64,000 nt of DNA from an uncultured delta proteobacterium (GTDB taxonomy: Bacteria > Desulfobacterota > Binatia > Binatales > Binataceae): assembly GCA_963808235.1 (NCBI GenBank), contig CAWEEQ010000004.1, positions 384,001-448,000 of the forward strand, in the 5' to 3' direction. Position numbers and translations under genes: made by a program. The notes under the pieces were generated by a model. The model was not told the origin of the DNA and searched no databases. It saw only the letters and a program-made list of their open reading frames with translations. Positions 9,630-19,003 of the stretch are shown piece after piece; within the stretch, counting starts at the first letter, position 1, and each line of letters opens with the position of its first letter.

Positions 9630-10550
9630 TCACGCGATGCCCAAGTCGACGAGTCCGTTGACCAGCAAATGAAGATAGATGAGACCGCCGTAAGGATGCC
9701 ACCGGTCGGTGAGTCGGCGGACGCCTTGGTAGTCGGGCGCGCTGGTCTCGCCGAGGAATTCGTAGAGCTTGTTGCGGCCGCCAACGTCGTCGCCGGGGAA
9801 GACGTTGATGCGGCCGAAGCCACGCAGGAGCACATACTCGGCGGTCCATCGTCCGACCCCGCGAATCTCGGAAAGACGCGCGATCGCGGCCTCGTCGTCG
9901 AGCGCATCGATAGAACTGAAGTCGCGATCTTTCGGACTGGATGCGAGACGCGCGAGTGCGATCAAATATTCGCCTTTCTGGCGGCTGAGCCCGAGCGCCC
10001 GGAGAGCGTCGGGGTCTGCGTGCGCTATCGCGGCGGCGGGCGCGAACGATCGCATCGTGACGCCAGTTGAAGACATCTTTTTTCCGAATGCCTCCGTGAG
10101 CCGGTTCAGCACGTGCATCCCCGCGCTCAGCGAGACGAGCTGGCACGCGACCGCATTCGCGAACGCCTCGAAAGCGGTCGGGTAGCGCACCGGTTTCATC
10201 CCGCGCAAACGCTCGGCGAGCGGACGTAGCGCAACGTCCTCACGCGCGAGGCGATAGAAGCCCGAGAGATCGCGCTCGAGCCCCAGTATGCGCGTGACGG
10301 AAGCGGCGGCCTCGTCTTTGACATCGCGCGGCCGCGCCGCTGACATCCGCACTTCGATCTCGGGACGGACGCCGCTACGAGTTTGTGTGATCGCCAATCC
10401 GACCGGCGAGCGGCCGATCATCAGCACTCGACGCCAGACTCCGTCGTCAAAGAGGTCGACTTTGTTGTGCGGGCGGCGTCGGAGCGCCCACACCGTCAAG
10501 TCGAGTCTGAATGGCGGACGCGGCCGAAGGGTGAACGTGATCTCTGGCAC
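9630..10550 (-). CDS. alkA: DNA-3-methyladenine glycosylase II family
   Basis: HhH-GPD motif IRGVGRWTAEY...FPGDD; WHPY. Confidence 0.85.
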   Translation of the reverse strand: MPEITFTLRPRPPFRLDLTVWALRRRPHNKVDLFDDGVWRRVLMIGRSPVGLAITQTRSGVRPEIEVRMSAARPRDVKDEAAASVTRILGLERDLSGFYRLAREDVALRPLAERLRGMKPVRYPTAFEAFANAVACQLVSLSAGMHVLNRLTEAFGKKMSSTGVTMRSFAPAAAIAHADPDALRALGLSRQKGEYLIALARLASSPKDRDFSSIDALDDEAAIARLSEIRGVGRWTAEYVLLRGFGRINVFPGDDVGGRNKLYEFLGETSAPDYQGVRRLTDRWHPYGGLIYLHLLVNGLVDLGIA

Positions 10551-10571
10551 TGAACGACGGCGGGCGTCTTG

Positions 10572-10841
10572 CTACTCGATATCGCTGTCGGGAATCTTCT
10601 TCTGCGACGAGGCCGTAGACTTGGTGCTCTGCGTGCTCGATGCGGTGGCAGTGGTCTTTTTGGTCTGCCCGCTCGATGCGGTTGCCGTCGGCTGATCCTT
10701 TTTGTGCTCGTATTTGTAGCCTTCGTAGGCGGCACTCCCGGCGCTACTTGCAATCATCAAGGGGCATCCGGTGGATACCAGCGCGGCGACAATCAGCGCG
10801 ACTGTTCGAACTGATCGGAAAATCAGGGTACATCTCGGCAT
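10572..10841 (-). CDS. small putative lipoprotein
   Basis: hydrophobic stretch ending LVSTGC; S/T/K-rich tail. Confidence 0.55.
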   Translation of the reverse strand: MPRCTLIFRSVRTVALIVAALVSTGCPLMIASSAGSAAYEGYKYEHKKDQPTATASSGQTKKTTATASSTQSTKSTASSQKKIPDSDIE

Positions 10842-10856
10842 ACCTTCTATTGTACA

Positions 10857-11873
10857 TCAATCGCCGTCATCGACGCCGACGTGACGCTCGAGCGCGCGCA
10901 TCCGCCGTATCAGTTCGGGCAGTCGCGTAATCACCGCCGAGTAGCGGCGCCACTGGCGAATTTCCACGGCGGGGCTGCCGCCGACCACAACGTCGTCTTT
11001 CAAATCGTTGTGGATGCCGGACTTTGCCGCGACCATCACGCGGTCGCCGATCTTCGCATGATCGGCGCATCCGGATTGTCCGCCGAACTGGCACCATTTG
11101 CCGATTTTCACTGAGCCGGCGATTCCGACCTGCGCCGCAAATCGCGAGAACTCGCCGATCTCGCATCCGTGGCCGATATGGACATGGTCATCGAGCTTGA
11201 CGCCTCGATGCAAGATGGTTGCGCCCATCATCGCGCGATCGACGGTCGAGTTCGCGCCGATTTCGACGTCGTCTTCGAGCGTTACTCCTCCAACTTGCGG
11301 AATCTTGACCAGGCCGCCGTTTTGCTCGACGAAGCCAAAGCCGTCGGCGCCAATCACTGCGCCGTTGAGCACCGTCACGCGGTTGCCGATGCTCGAGCCT
11401 TCGCGAATCGAAGCATGGCTGTGTGCGGTGAAGCGATCGCCGATGGTAACGTTCGGATAAATGGTGACGTGCGGATGAACGACCGCGTCCCGGCCGATCC
11501 TAACACCGGCGCCGATCACTGCGTACGCGCCGATCGACGCGTTCTCCCCGATTTGTGCATCGGGCGCGACGAGGGCGGTCCGATCCGTTCCGGGGGCGGG
11601 ACGATAGGGTGGAAAAAAGATTTCCAGCGCGCGCGCGAAGTCGGCGTATGGGTTGGCGCTGATAAGCGTCGGACACTTTGCGCGCCCGGCGAGCTCACGG
11701 GTGGTGATCGCGGCCGACACGCTCGAAGCCAGGGCGGCTGCGTACTTTTCGCCGGCGACAAAGATGATCATTCCGGGACCGGCGGCCTCGACGGGCGCGG
11801 GCGCAAAAATTTCGACGCCGCCATCGCCGCGCAATTCCAGACCGAGCTTCGACGCAAGTTCGTTTAGTTTCAT
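10857..11873 (-). CDS. lpxD: UDP-3-O-acylglucosamine N-acyltransferase
   Basis: hexapeptide repeats; GADGFGF, KIPQVGGV, EIGANSTVDR. Confidence 0.95.
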   Translation of the reverse strand: MKLNELASKLGLELRGDGGVEIFAPAPVEAAGPGMIIFVAGEKYAAALASSVSAAITTRELAGRAKCPTLISANPYADFARALEIFFPPYRPAPGTDRTALVAPDAQIGENASIGAYAVIGAGVRIGRDAVVHPHVTIYPNVTIGDRFTAHSHASIREGSSIGNRVTVLNGAVIGADGFGFVEQNGGLVKIPQVGGVTLEDDVEIGANSTVDRAMMGATILHRGVKLDDHVHIGHGCEIGEFSRFAAQVGIAGSVKIGKWCQFGGQSGCADHAKIGDRVMVAAKSGIHNDLKDDVVVGGSPAVEIRQWRRYSAVITRLPELIRRMRALERHVGVDDGD

Positions 11874-11912
11874 TCGCGTGCCTTTGGGTTGCGGCGTGAC
11901 GTGCTTCAGTCC

Positions 11913-13037
11913 TTATGTTGCGCTGCGCGAGAGCATGAGCGCGTCGAGCAGTTCCGGGGGATTCACCTGGTTGAGGCAATTGTAATGTCCGAAGCGGCAG
12001 GTGCGCGCCAGACATGGGCTGCATTCGAGTTTGTGGTAGATGACGCGTGTCTTCGAGCCGAGCGGGCGGGTTCGATCGGGATTGGTCGATCCGAAAATCA
12101 CTACTGTTGGAAGCTCCAATGCTCCCGCAATATGCGCGCATCCCGAATCGTTCCCGATGAATCCGTCGCACAACGACAGCAGTGCGATCAGCTCGCCGAT
12201 ATTGGTGGCGCCGGCGGCGACGATCGCGCCGGATTTGCTCATGGCAACTACTTCGTCGCACTTTGCGCGCTCGGACGGCGCGCCGACCAGGCAGACCTCA
12301 GCATCGTCGCGTTGTGCGATCAGATCGATGAGCGCGGCGTAGCGCGCGGCGGGCCATTCCTTGGCCGGGCCGTAAGCGGCAGCCGGAGCGATCGCGAAGA
12401 TTGGCGACTCGACCCGTCTGCGATTTGCGGCCAGCCACTTGAGCATCCGTTCGCGATTCGGTACGTGCACGTCTAGCTTGATCGCGAAATCGCCATCTTC
12501 AGTCCCGCTGGTGACACCCGTCTCGCGAAGCATCGATAGCCAATAATTTACCTGGTGACGCTCCAACGACTCGGGTGGCGGCGATGCTTTGAGCGTCAGC
12601 AATGCGCCGCGCGCGTCAGCGACAAATCCGGCGCGTCGCTTGATCCCCGCCATCGCAATCCATAGCGCGGATTCGAAACTGTTCGGAAAGAGCACCCCCA
12701 AGTCGAATTTTCGCCGACGGATTTCGGCGACGATTCTGCGCCGGTCCATGAAGCCGGAGAGTCCCCGTCCGACCGAGTAGGGGATCACTTCATCGAGCCA
12801 GGACGCACCGTCGAAGAAGCTGGCAAGCTCTTTTTTGATCAGCACCGCAAGATGCGCGTCGGGCCACGACCGGCGGATTGCGCGAAGCGCGGGGAGACTC
12901 ATCACGAGGTCGCCGAGCCAGTTGACCTCTTTGACCAGGATGCGATCCGGCGGCGGATCGAGTGCGAGCGCAGTCCGGTGCGCGTCGGGCGCGTCCGAAT
13001 CCAGCGGACTAAACTGCCGCGTATTTCCCGATTCCAC
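11913..13037 (-). CDS. waaF: LPS heptosyltransferase II (GT9)
   Basis: NWLGDLVM, FPNSFESA, AAYGPAKEWP, GNDSG..H. Confidence 0.9.
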   Translation of the reverse strand: MESGNTRQFSPLDSDAPDAHRTALALDPPPDRILVKEVNWLGDLVMSLPALRAIRRSWPDAHLAVLIKKELASFFDGASWLDEVIPYSVGRGLSGFMDRRRIVAEIRRRKFDLGVLFPNSFESALWIAMAGIKRRAGFVADARGALLTLKASPPPESLERHQVNYWLSMLRETGVTSGTEDGDFAIKLDVHVPNRERMLKWLAANRRRVESPIFAIAPAAAYGPAKEWPAARYAALIDLIAQRDDAEVCLVGAPSERAKCDEVVAMSKSGAIVAAGATNIGELIALLSLCDGFIGNDSGCAHIAGALELPTVVIFGSTNPDRTRPLGSKTRVIYHKLECSPCLARTCRFGHYNCLNQVNPPELLDALMLSRSAT

Positions 13038-13194
13038 CTTGCGATTCTCCCGGCGCGTCTCGACTTACCGCTCGAAGATTTCATCACGCGCGCGTTGCCA
13101 AATAAACACACCTAATCGCGAAGACGTTTTCCTTTCTCATCAGCAACATTCGTACTAGTATGGGCAAAGGGCCGGGGGAGACCTCGAGGTAAGC

Positions 13195-14874
13195 TTGGTG
13201 CATGGAGAGAAAGACCGGCCTCTGACAAGTATTGCGCTGTTCGCGAGTGCGGCAGTCGCCACAGTGTTCGCAGTCGGGCTGTTCGCGGTAGATAAGAGAC
13301 CGCGCGCGCATCCTTATAGGGTGGGCAGCTTCGTCACGGCACATGCCGTCGCCGAGCGATGGAAGTCGGCGCCGCCGCCGCCCGAGCGCAGTCACGAACA
13401 GCGCGCGGTCGCGATCGCCAAGCTCGCGTCTCAACCCACCGCCGCTGCCTCGCCGCATCCCAGGAACAGGAAAGCAGATGACGCGACGCCGGTTGTCACG
13501 GTTCCGGATCCTCCGGACGAAATTGCGACGACCACCGAGTCAGCCGGCATCTGGAGTGACCAGGGAAGTCCGGCCGGTACCGGCAACGGCAACACGAACG
13601 GCAACGCTTTTATTACGATGGCATCAACCGGAGGGGTTTCACTTCCATTGACGTCGCCAACCGGGACGTCGCCAACCGGCGCGTCTTCGCAAGCTTCGAG
13701 TACAACCCCGGAATCGACGGGCACGGGCGTCAACGCTGCTGCGAGTCCAGGCCCGGCCGCCATTTCGGGGAAGATAGAACACCGCGATGCGACACAGTCG
13801 CATTTCGGATTTGTGCTGCTGGCTGGTGGGCAGGGCGGCGGGAAATTAGCGCTCCCGAGTGCGCAACTCTTTGACCCGATGACGACCGCGTTTGCACCAT
13901 CGACGCCGATGAAAGTGCCGCGCACAGATCACACGGCGACGGTTTTGCAGAGCGGAAAAATATTTGTTGCGGGCGGCGACGACGCTTTGGGCCGCGCGCT
14001 GTCGTCCGCTGAACTTTTCGATCCCGTGAGCGGAGCGTTCTCGCTGGTGGGATCGAAGATGAGCACGGCCCGCGCCGAACATTCGGCGACGCTCATTTCC
14101 GGATGCAATTGCCCTGCGGACGGACAAGTGCTGATCGCAGGCGGTATCGCGAAGAAGCAGGGAGCGTCGACCGCAAGCGCGGAGCTGTACGATCCGGTAA
14201 CCAGCAAGTTTACGCCGACCGGTTCGATGAAGGCTGCTCGTGCGATGCATACGGCGACGCTCATCTCGAGCGGTCCGCTGGCAGGAGAAATACTGATCGC
14301 CGGCGGTATCGACCAGAGTGGCGGTAATCTGTCGTCGGCGGAACTCTACGATCCGGCGTCCGGGCAGTTCACATCCACGGGTGCGATGAGCATTCCGCGC
14401 CAGGGTCATTCTGCGACGTGGCTCGATCCGGGCAATGTAACCGGCGCGCTCGCGGGCCAAGTGCTGATCGCCGGCGGTGGAGATATCCACGCGCCGAGCA
14501 ATGGCGCCGAGGTTTTCAATCCGCAGAATGGAACCTTTGCGCGGGTCGGAGCTATGTCCGATGCGCGGATTTTTCAAGCGGCTGTGCTGCTCTGCAACGG
14601 CCAGGTGCTGGTCGCGGGCGGACAGAGCAGCGAAACAAAATTTCTGACCAGTGCGGAGTTGTTCAATCCGGCGACGGCTTCTTTTTCTCCTACCGGCAGC
14701 ATGACCAACGTCCACGTTGGCGCGAGCGCGACGCTGCTCGAAAGCGGCAGTGTGCTGGTCGCGGGCGGCAAATCGCAGCTCGCCGATCTTTACGATCCTG
14801 CAGTTGGAACTTTTTCAGCGACGGGCAAGATGGTTACCGATCTTGCCGAATCGACGGCGACGTTAATCCGTTAG
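13195..14874 (+). CDS. membrane-anchored Kelch/galactose-oxidase-type beta-propeller protein
   Basis: N-terminal hydrophobic helix, S/T/G linker, about 7 repeats of R..HTAT.L..G.VL.AGG...SAEL(F/Y)DP. Confidence 0.85.
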   Translation: MVHGEKDRPLTSIALFASAAVATVFAVGLFAVDKRPRAHPYRVGSFVTAHAVAERWKSAPPPPERSHEQRAVAIAKLASQPTAAASPHPRNRKADDATPVVTVPDPPDEIATTTESAGIWSDQGSPAGTGNGNTNGNAFITMASTGGVSLPLTSPTGTSPTGASSQASSTTPESTGTGVNAAASPGPAAISGKIEHRDATQSHFGFVLLAGGQGGGKLALPSAQLFDPMTTAFAPSTPMKVPRTDHTATVLQSGKIFVAGGDDALGRALSSAELFDPVSGAFSLVGSKMSTARAEHSATLISGCNCPADGQVLIAGGIAKKQGASTASAELYDPVTSKFTPTGSMKAARAMHTATLISSGPLAGEILIAGGIDQSGGNLSSAELYDPASGQFTSTGAMSIPRQGHSATWLDPGNVTGALAGQVLIAGGGDIHAPSNGAEVFNPQNGTFARVGAMSDARIFQAAVLLCNGQVLVAGGQSSETKFLTSAELFNPATASFSPTGSMTNVHVGASATLLESGSVLVAGGKSQLADLYDPAVGTFSATGKMVTDLAESTATLIR

Positions 14875-14904
14875 AGCAGATCGATCGCGAAGTAACGCGC
14901 GGCG

Positions 14905-15426
14905 CTAATTCTTGAGCGCGGCGATCACGTCATTGACGATCGCGTCGGCCTTTGCGCGCATCTCGGCGTCGGTCGCGTCCTGAATCGGATGGGGCACGAA
15001 AACTCGCCGGACCTCCGGCAATCCCAACGCGTCGGCTTGGCTCTGCGCAGCGTCCACGAAAACGTCGGACGCGATCATCACCGCGGGCTTCTTATTGGTC
15101 TCGAACCAGATTGAGTCGTGCACACTGCACGTTGTGCACGACCCTCAATCGGCCAGCGCTTCGATAACGAAGTCGCTTTCCTCCGCGATGCGGCGGCGCA
15201 GATCGTCGGGCGCCGGTTTGGTGAAAGTTGGTTTACGATAACGCTTGATTTCGACGCCGGGCAGGCGGTCCTGCAGATGTTCGGCGAGCCGATCGATCAG
15301 GACGTTGCCGCGCGGCTTGGCAATATCAAGAAGCGCGATGCGGCCGACGATTGTGTCAGAGCGTGCGGCAAGCGTTCGCCTGATCGGCACGCGCTCGTCG
15401 GTAGGATCGATGATCACCTGTTTCAT
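14905..15426 (-). CDS. UGSC-family selenoprotein (in-frame TGA 15145-15147 = Sec), 173 aa
   Basis: ALAD-TGA-GSCTTCSVHD; the two ORF fragments are in one frame; ATGA overlap with upstream gene; hairpin follows TGA. Confidence 0.85.
15113..15144 (-). promoter_or_regulatory. candidate SECIS hairpin of UGSC gene
   Basis: mRNA GGGUCGUGCACA-ACGUGCAG-UGUGCACGACUC immediately after UGA. Confidence 0.65.
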
Positions 15427-17027
15427 ATTGCCTCCTCGATTCGCCGGCTGACGCTGGACGAGCCCATCGGTCCCGATACCCATCCTGCGAACACGGCCGA
15501 GAATTTCCCGGCGTCGCCGCCTGCGACAATGATATTGATATTTTCCGGTTTGCGAAACTTCGGAATTTTCTGCGCGAGCTGCTCGGCCGTCGGATTGATC
15601 AGGCCGAGCGTTTTGAGCGTCAAGCCTTCGCCGCTGTCGTCGTCTTGAAGGAGGTCGCGAATCGGCCGCGCCGTCACGTGCTGGATTCGCGCGCGCACAT
15701 CCGCCTTGCTCCATTTGTCGCGCGCAACCGTGTCGGCATGCTCGGGCGAAATGATCAACAAAATCTCGCCGGAGCCGTGCTGCTTGGGATGCCAGCAAGC
15801 CTCCAGTCCCAGCCCGAGACTGCCGACCAGCGCCCGCGCCGTGCGTGAAGTCTGATCGGCAATCTGGCGCGAGCCCGCCTCGAGCCCGAACACGGTCACG
15901 ACGCTCTCCTCTTTCTTGAAGCCGCGCTCGACGTGCAGCGGTTCCCACGGACTGCGTTCCTCCCATTCGGCGAAGCAGGTCGTGAACTTGCCGATCGCGC
16001 CGAGCGTGGACCGCTCTATCTCGCCGGGCCGCGCGCCGCCGATGTTACGCAAGACGAGTTTCACTGCGCGGCCGATGGTCGCGTTGGATCGAGTGCCGTA
16101 ACCGAGCGCCATCATGCCCATGTTCATCGCGAGCCGATGACGAATCGGGCCGTTCACGACAATTACCGGAGTCGCGCCCCAAGTCGTTGCCATGATGCCG
16201 TGAATATTGAACTGATCGGTGCAGACCGCTTCCAGAGCCGCGATCACGACCGGCAGATACTCGGGCCTGCATCCGGCCATCACCGCGTTGACGGCGACTT
16301 TCTCCACCGTCACCGGTGCGAGATTTGGCGGCGCGATCGCAACCAACTCGCGAGGATCGCGCCGGGTGCCGGTCAACATCCACATGACGCGCTCGGGCGT
16401 TGGGGGAACGACGGGCAGTCCATCGGTCAGACCTCGCTCGAACATGAATTCGAAAACGTCTTCCGCGTCGCCAAGCTCGATTCGCCGCGCGGTGAGCTTG
16501 TCGCCGCGCGACTCCGCTTCGAGCCGCTCCGCAATCCCCGGCTCGACCGACTTGGAACCGCATCCGGGCCGCGACTCTGGATACGATTTCCAGTCGATTG
16601 ATGGCGAATCGACGCCGGACAAGCGCGCCAGTTCAGCGAACATCTCGCGCCAATCGTCGCGTCCGAAACCGACAAAGCGGCGCAGCTCAGCGCCGCGCGA
16701 ATCCGCGAGGATTATCGTCGGCACGGTATCGAGTTCGAATGCGAACGAAACCTTGAGCGCCGAGTCGTCGAGCATCGGCACCGTCAAACTGTGACGCTGG
16801 ACCAGCTTTGCGTTGCCTTCGGCGTCCTGGCCGATCGCCAGGACCCCCACCGACAAGCCGAAACTGCTATGCGCCGCTTCGATAAGCGGCATCGTGAGCC
16901 CGCAAGTCGGACAGTCTTCCTTGACGAAGCAGAGCAGCATCGGTCGCGCGGACGGAAACGCATGCGCAATTCCGCTCGAGTCGTGCAGCTCAAACGTCGG
17001 CAGAGAATTTGTGGACACGTCGGCCAT
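15423..17027 (-). CDS. thioredoxin-like (CPTC) domain fused to UGSC-partner domain
   Basis: FVKEDCPTC, VPTIIL, RPGCGS, then GLTDGLPVVPPT, NAVMAGC, NATIGRA. Confidence 0.8.
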   Translation of the reverse strand: MADVSTNSLPTFELHDSSGIAHAFPSARPMLLCFVKEDCPTCGLTMPLIEAAHSSFGLSVGVLAIGQDAEGNAKLVQRHSLTVPMLDDSALKVSFAFELDTVPTIILADSRGAELRRFVGFGRDDWREMFAELARLSGVDSPSIDWKSYPESRPGCGSKSVEPGIAERLEAESRGDKLTARRIELGDAEDVFEFMFERGLTDGLPVVPPTPERVMWMLTGTRRDPRELVAIAPPNLAPVTVEKVAVNAVMAGCRPEYLPVVIAALEAVCTDQFNIHGIMATTWGATPVIVVNGPIRHRLAMNMGMMALGYGTRSNATIGRAVKLVLRNIGGARPGEIERSTLGAIGKFTTCFAEWEERSPWEPLHVERGFKKEESVVTVFGLEAGSRQIADQTSRTARALVGSLGLGLEACWHPKQHGSGEILLIISPEHADTVARDKWSKADVRARIQHVTARPIRDLLQDDDSGEGLTLKTLGLINPTAEQLAQKIPKFRKPENINIIVAGGDAGKFSAVFAGWVSGPMGSSSVSRRIEEAI

Positions 17028-17051
17028 CGGTCATGTTACTCAGTCCTCCCG

Positions 17052-18302
17052 CTACTCAGTACCCGCGACAGGTTCAGGAAGCATCAGGAACCTATGCTGC
17101 TTTGGCGAATAGAATTCCACCGAAGCGCTGACGTTCGATTTCTCATCGATTCCGCCGGCGATCAACACTTGACCATCGGCGAGCAGGGTCGCGGTATTTT
17201 CGAGTCGCGCGATGGCGGTGCGTCCGGGGCTGAAAAACCGATTCGCTTCGGGTTGATAAAGGTCCGCATCGCGCATCCCGACCACGACGAAACCCTGCAT
17301 CTTCCATCCTCCCACTACCAGGACCTGCCCGTTGATGAGCATGGTCGCAGTCGGCAGGTAATGCGGGGCGCTCATGTCGCCGGTTCTGATGAAAGTGCCG
17401 GATTCAGGATCGTAAATTTCCGCGGTGTTAAGCGGCGTCAGTGAAGACAGGCTCGGATGCGCCCGCCCCATCAAGATTCTGCCGCTCTTGCCGCCAACGA
17501 TCAGCACGCGTCCATCGAGCAGCCGCACCGCAGCGCCGCCGACCCGGTCTAAATTCATGTGGGCGCGCATCGTTGCGAACTTTCCAGTGGCCGGATCAAA
17601 TAATTCAGCGGTGTCGTAGGAGATGTAACCGCCGGGCCTTCCGCCGCGGCCGCCGCCTGCGATCAACACTTTGCCGCTCAGCAGCGCCGTCGCGGTGTGC
17701 GCTATCCGAGGCTGATTTAAGTGCCCGACGCGTCGGAATGTGCCGGTGGCCGGATCGTAAATTTCAGCGGAGTCGAGCGTATGGGTTCCGTTGTCGCTGC
17801 CACCGACGACCAGCACGCGTCCGTCGCGAAGTAAGGTAGCGGTGTGACCTTCGCGCGGCACCGACATTGAGCCGGTGGCGGTGAAGGTGCCGGTGGAAGG
17901 ATTGTAAATCTCGGCGCTGGCGAGTTCCGAGCGAAAACCGATGTTGCGCGCGCCGCCGGTCAGTAGCACGCGTCCGTCTCGCAGCATGGTGATCGTGTGT
18001 CCCTGGCGCGGGACGGTCATGGGCCCGGTAGGCGTGAATTGATGCGAGACGGGATCGTACAGCTCTGCGCTCGAGAGGACGCCGCCGACCTTAGCCGTCG
18101 CGGTGCCTCCGCAGATCAGCACCCGTCCGTCAGCAAGCCGGATCGATGCGGCGTCGGCGCGCGGCGAAGTCATCGCGAGAGATTCGGCGCGCTGCGCTTC
18201 CGGATTCGCGTGGTAAACCGGGGCTTCGGCCACTGGAGCAGCCGAGCAGCCACATAGAGCGGCCGCGAGAATCAACAAAAAGACAATACCCCGGCGAAAC
18301 AT
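17052..18302 (-). CDS. Kelch-repeat lipoprotein
   Basis: lipobox LCGC; about 7 Kelch repeats (DGRVL..GG...AEIYDP). Confidence 0.85.
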   Translation of the reverse strand: MFRRGIVFLLILAAALCGCSAAPVAEAPVYHANPEAQRAESLAMTSPRADAASIRLADGRVLICGGTATAKVGGVLSSAELYDPVSHQFTPTGPMTVPRQGHTITMLRDGRVLLTGGARNIGFRSELASAEIYNPSTGTFTATGSMSVPREGHTATLLRDGRVLVVGGSDNGTHTLDSAEIYDPATGTFRRVGHLNQPRIAHTATALLSGKVLIAGGGRGGRPGGYISYDTAELFDPATGKFATMRAHMNLDRVGGAAVRLLDGRVLIVGGKSGRILMGRAHPSLSSLTPLNTAEIYDPESGTFIRTGDMSAPHYLPTATMLINGQVLVVGGWKMQGFVVVGMRDADLYQPEANRFFSPGRTAIARLENTATLLADGQVLIAGGIDEKSNVSASVEFYSPKQHRFLMLPEPVAGTE

Positions 18303-18305
18303 AGA

Positions 18306-18890
18306 TCACTCTGCGGGGACGCGAACGCCGCGCAGTATCGCATTCATCGTTGCGCGAATGAACATCGCGCCGGGCCACACGCCGCGGCGTCGCGGCGCGA
18401 CTGGCGATTCGCCGCCCCGGGTAAGAGCGCGCACGAAACCAAGCAACTCGTCCACACCGACTCGGGATGCGACCTCCTCGAGCGCGCGGAAACGGACGAT
18501 TCGATTGCGATCGATCACGAACGCGGCCGGAAAAGAGATCCCGCCATTTTCCCGCGCGTTGAGCAGTCCATACGATTTCACGACCTCGCGTCGAGTGTCG
18601 CCGAGCAGCGGGAACTTAATTCCCAGCTCACTACGCAGAGGTTCGGCGCGCGCGGCGTCGTCGACCGAGATGGCGGCCATGCTGGCTCCGGCAGCGCGGA
18701 AGTCGTCGAGTCGTGCCGAGTAATCCGCCAACTGGCGGAGGCAGAACGGTCACCAATGCCCGCGATAAAAAACGATGACGCCGAGACCGGTCGAGACCAG
18801 CTCGGAGAGCCGGCGAACCGCGCCGGTCGAGTCGGCAAGCTCAAACTCGGGAGCGGATTCGCCAACCGCTGGAATATGGCGTTCATCCAT
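18306..18890 (-). CDS. AhpC/TSA peroxiredoxin-like selenoprotein (in-frame TGA 18750-18752 = Sec, UxxC)
   Basis: VGESAPEFEL..., FYRGHW-TGA-PFCLRQL, AISVD, FPLLGD, PAAFVID in one frame. Confidence 0.85.
18714..18743 (-). promoter_or_regulatory. candidate SECIS hairpin of peroxiredoxin-like gene
   Basis: UCCGCC-AGUU-GGCGGA starts 11 nt after UGA; lower UGCC/GGCA stem. Confidence 0.65.
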
Positions 18891-19003
18891 GAGCATCACA
18901 ATAGCGTCCGCGCCCGCATTGCGAAAAGGCCATTTCGCTTGCACCGCAAGCGCCGGGCAGCCTAATCATTTCCGAACGCAAGACAATTCATCTGGAGGAA
19001 ACG

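Noticed and set aside
9587-9630. fluoride riboswitch upstream of crcB
   Set aside because: The spacer is only about 43 nt and lacks the GGCGAUG core.
14905-18890. TGA=Trp/Gly alternative genetic code or plain pseudogenes
   Set aside because: TGA is a normal stop in many core genes (nusG, rplA, rpoC, rplV), and both internal TGAs fall at Cys-equivalent motif positions with hairpins.
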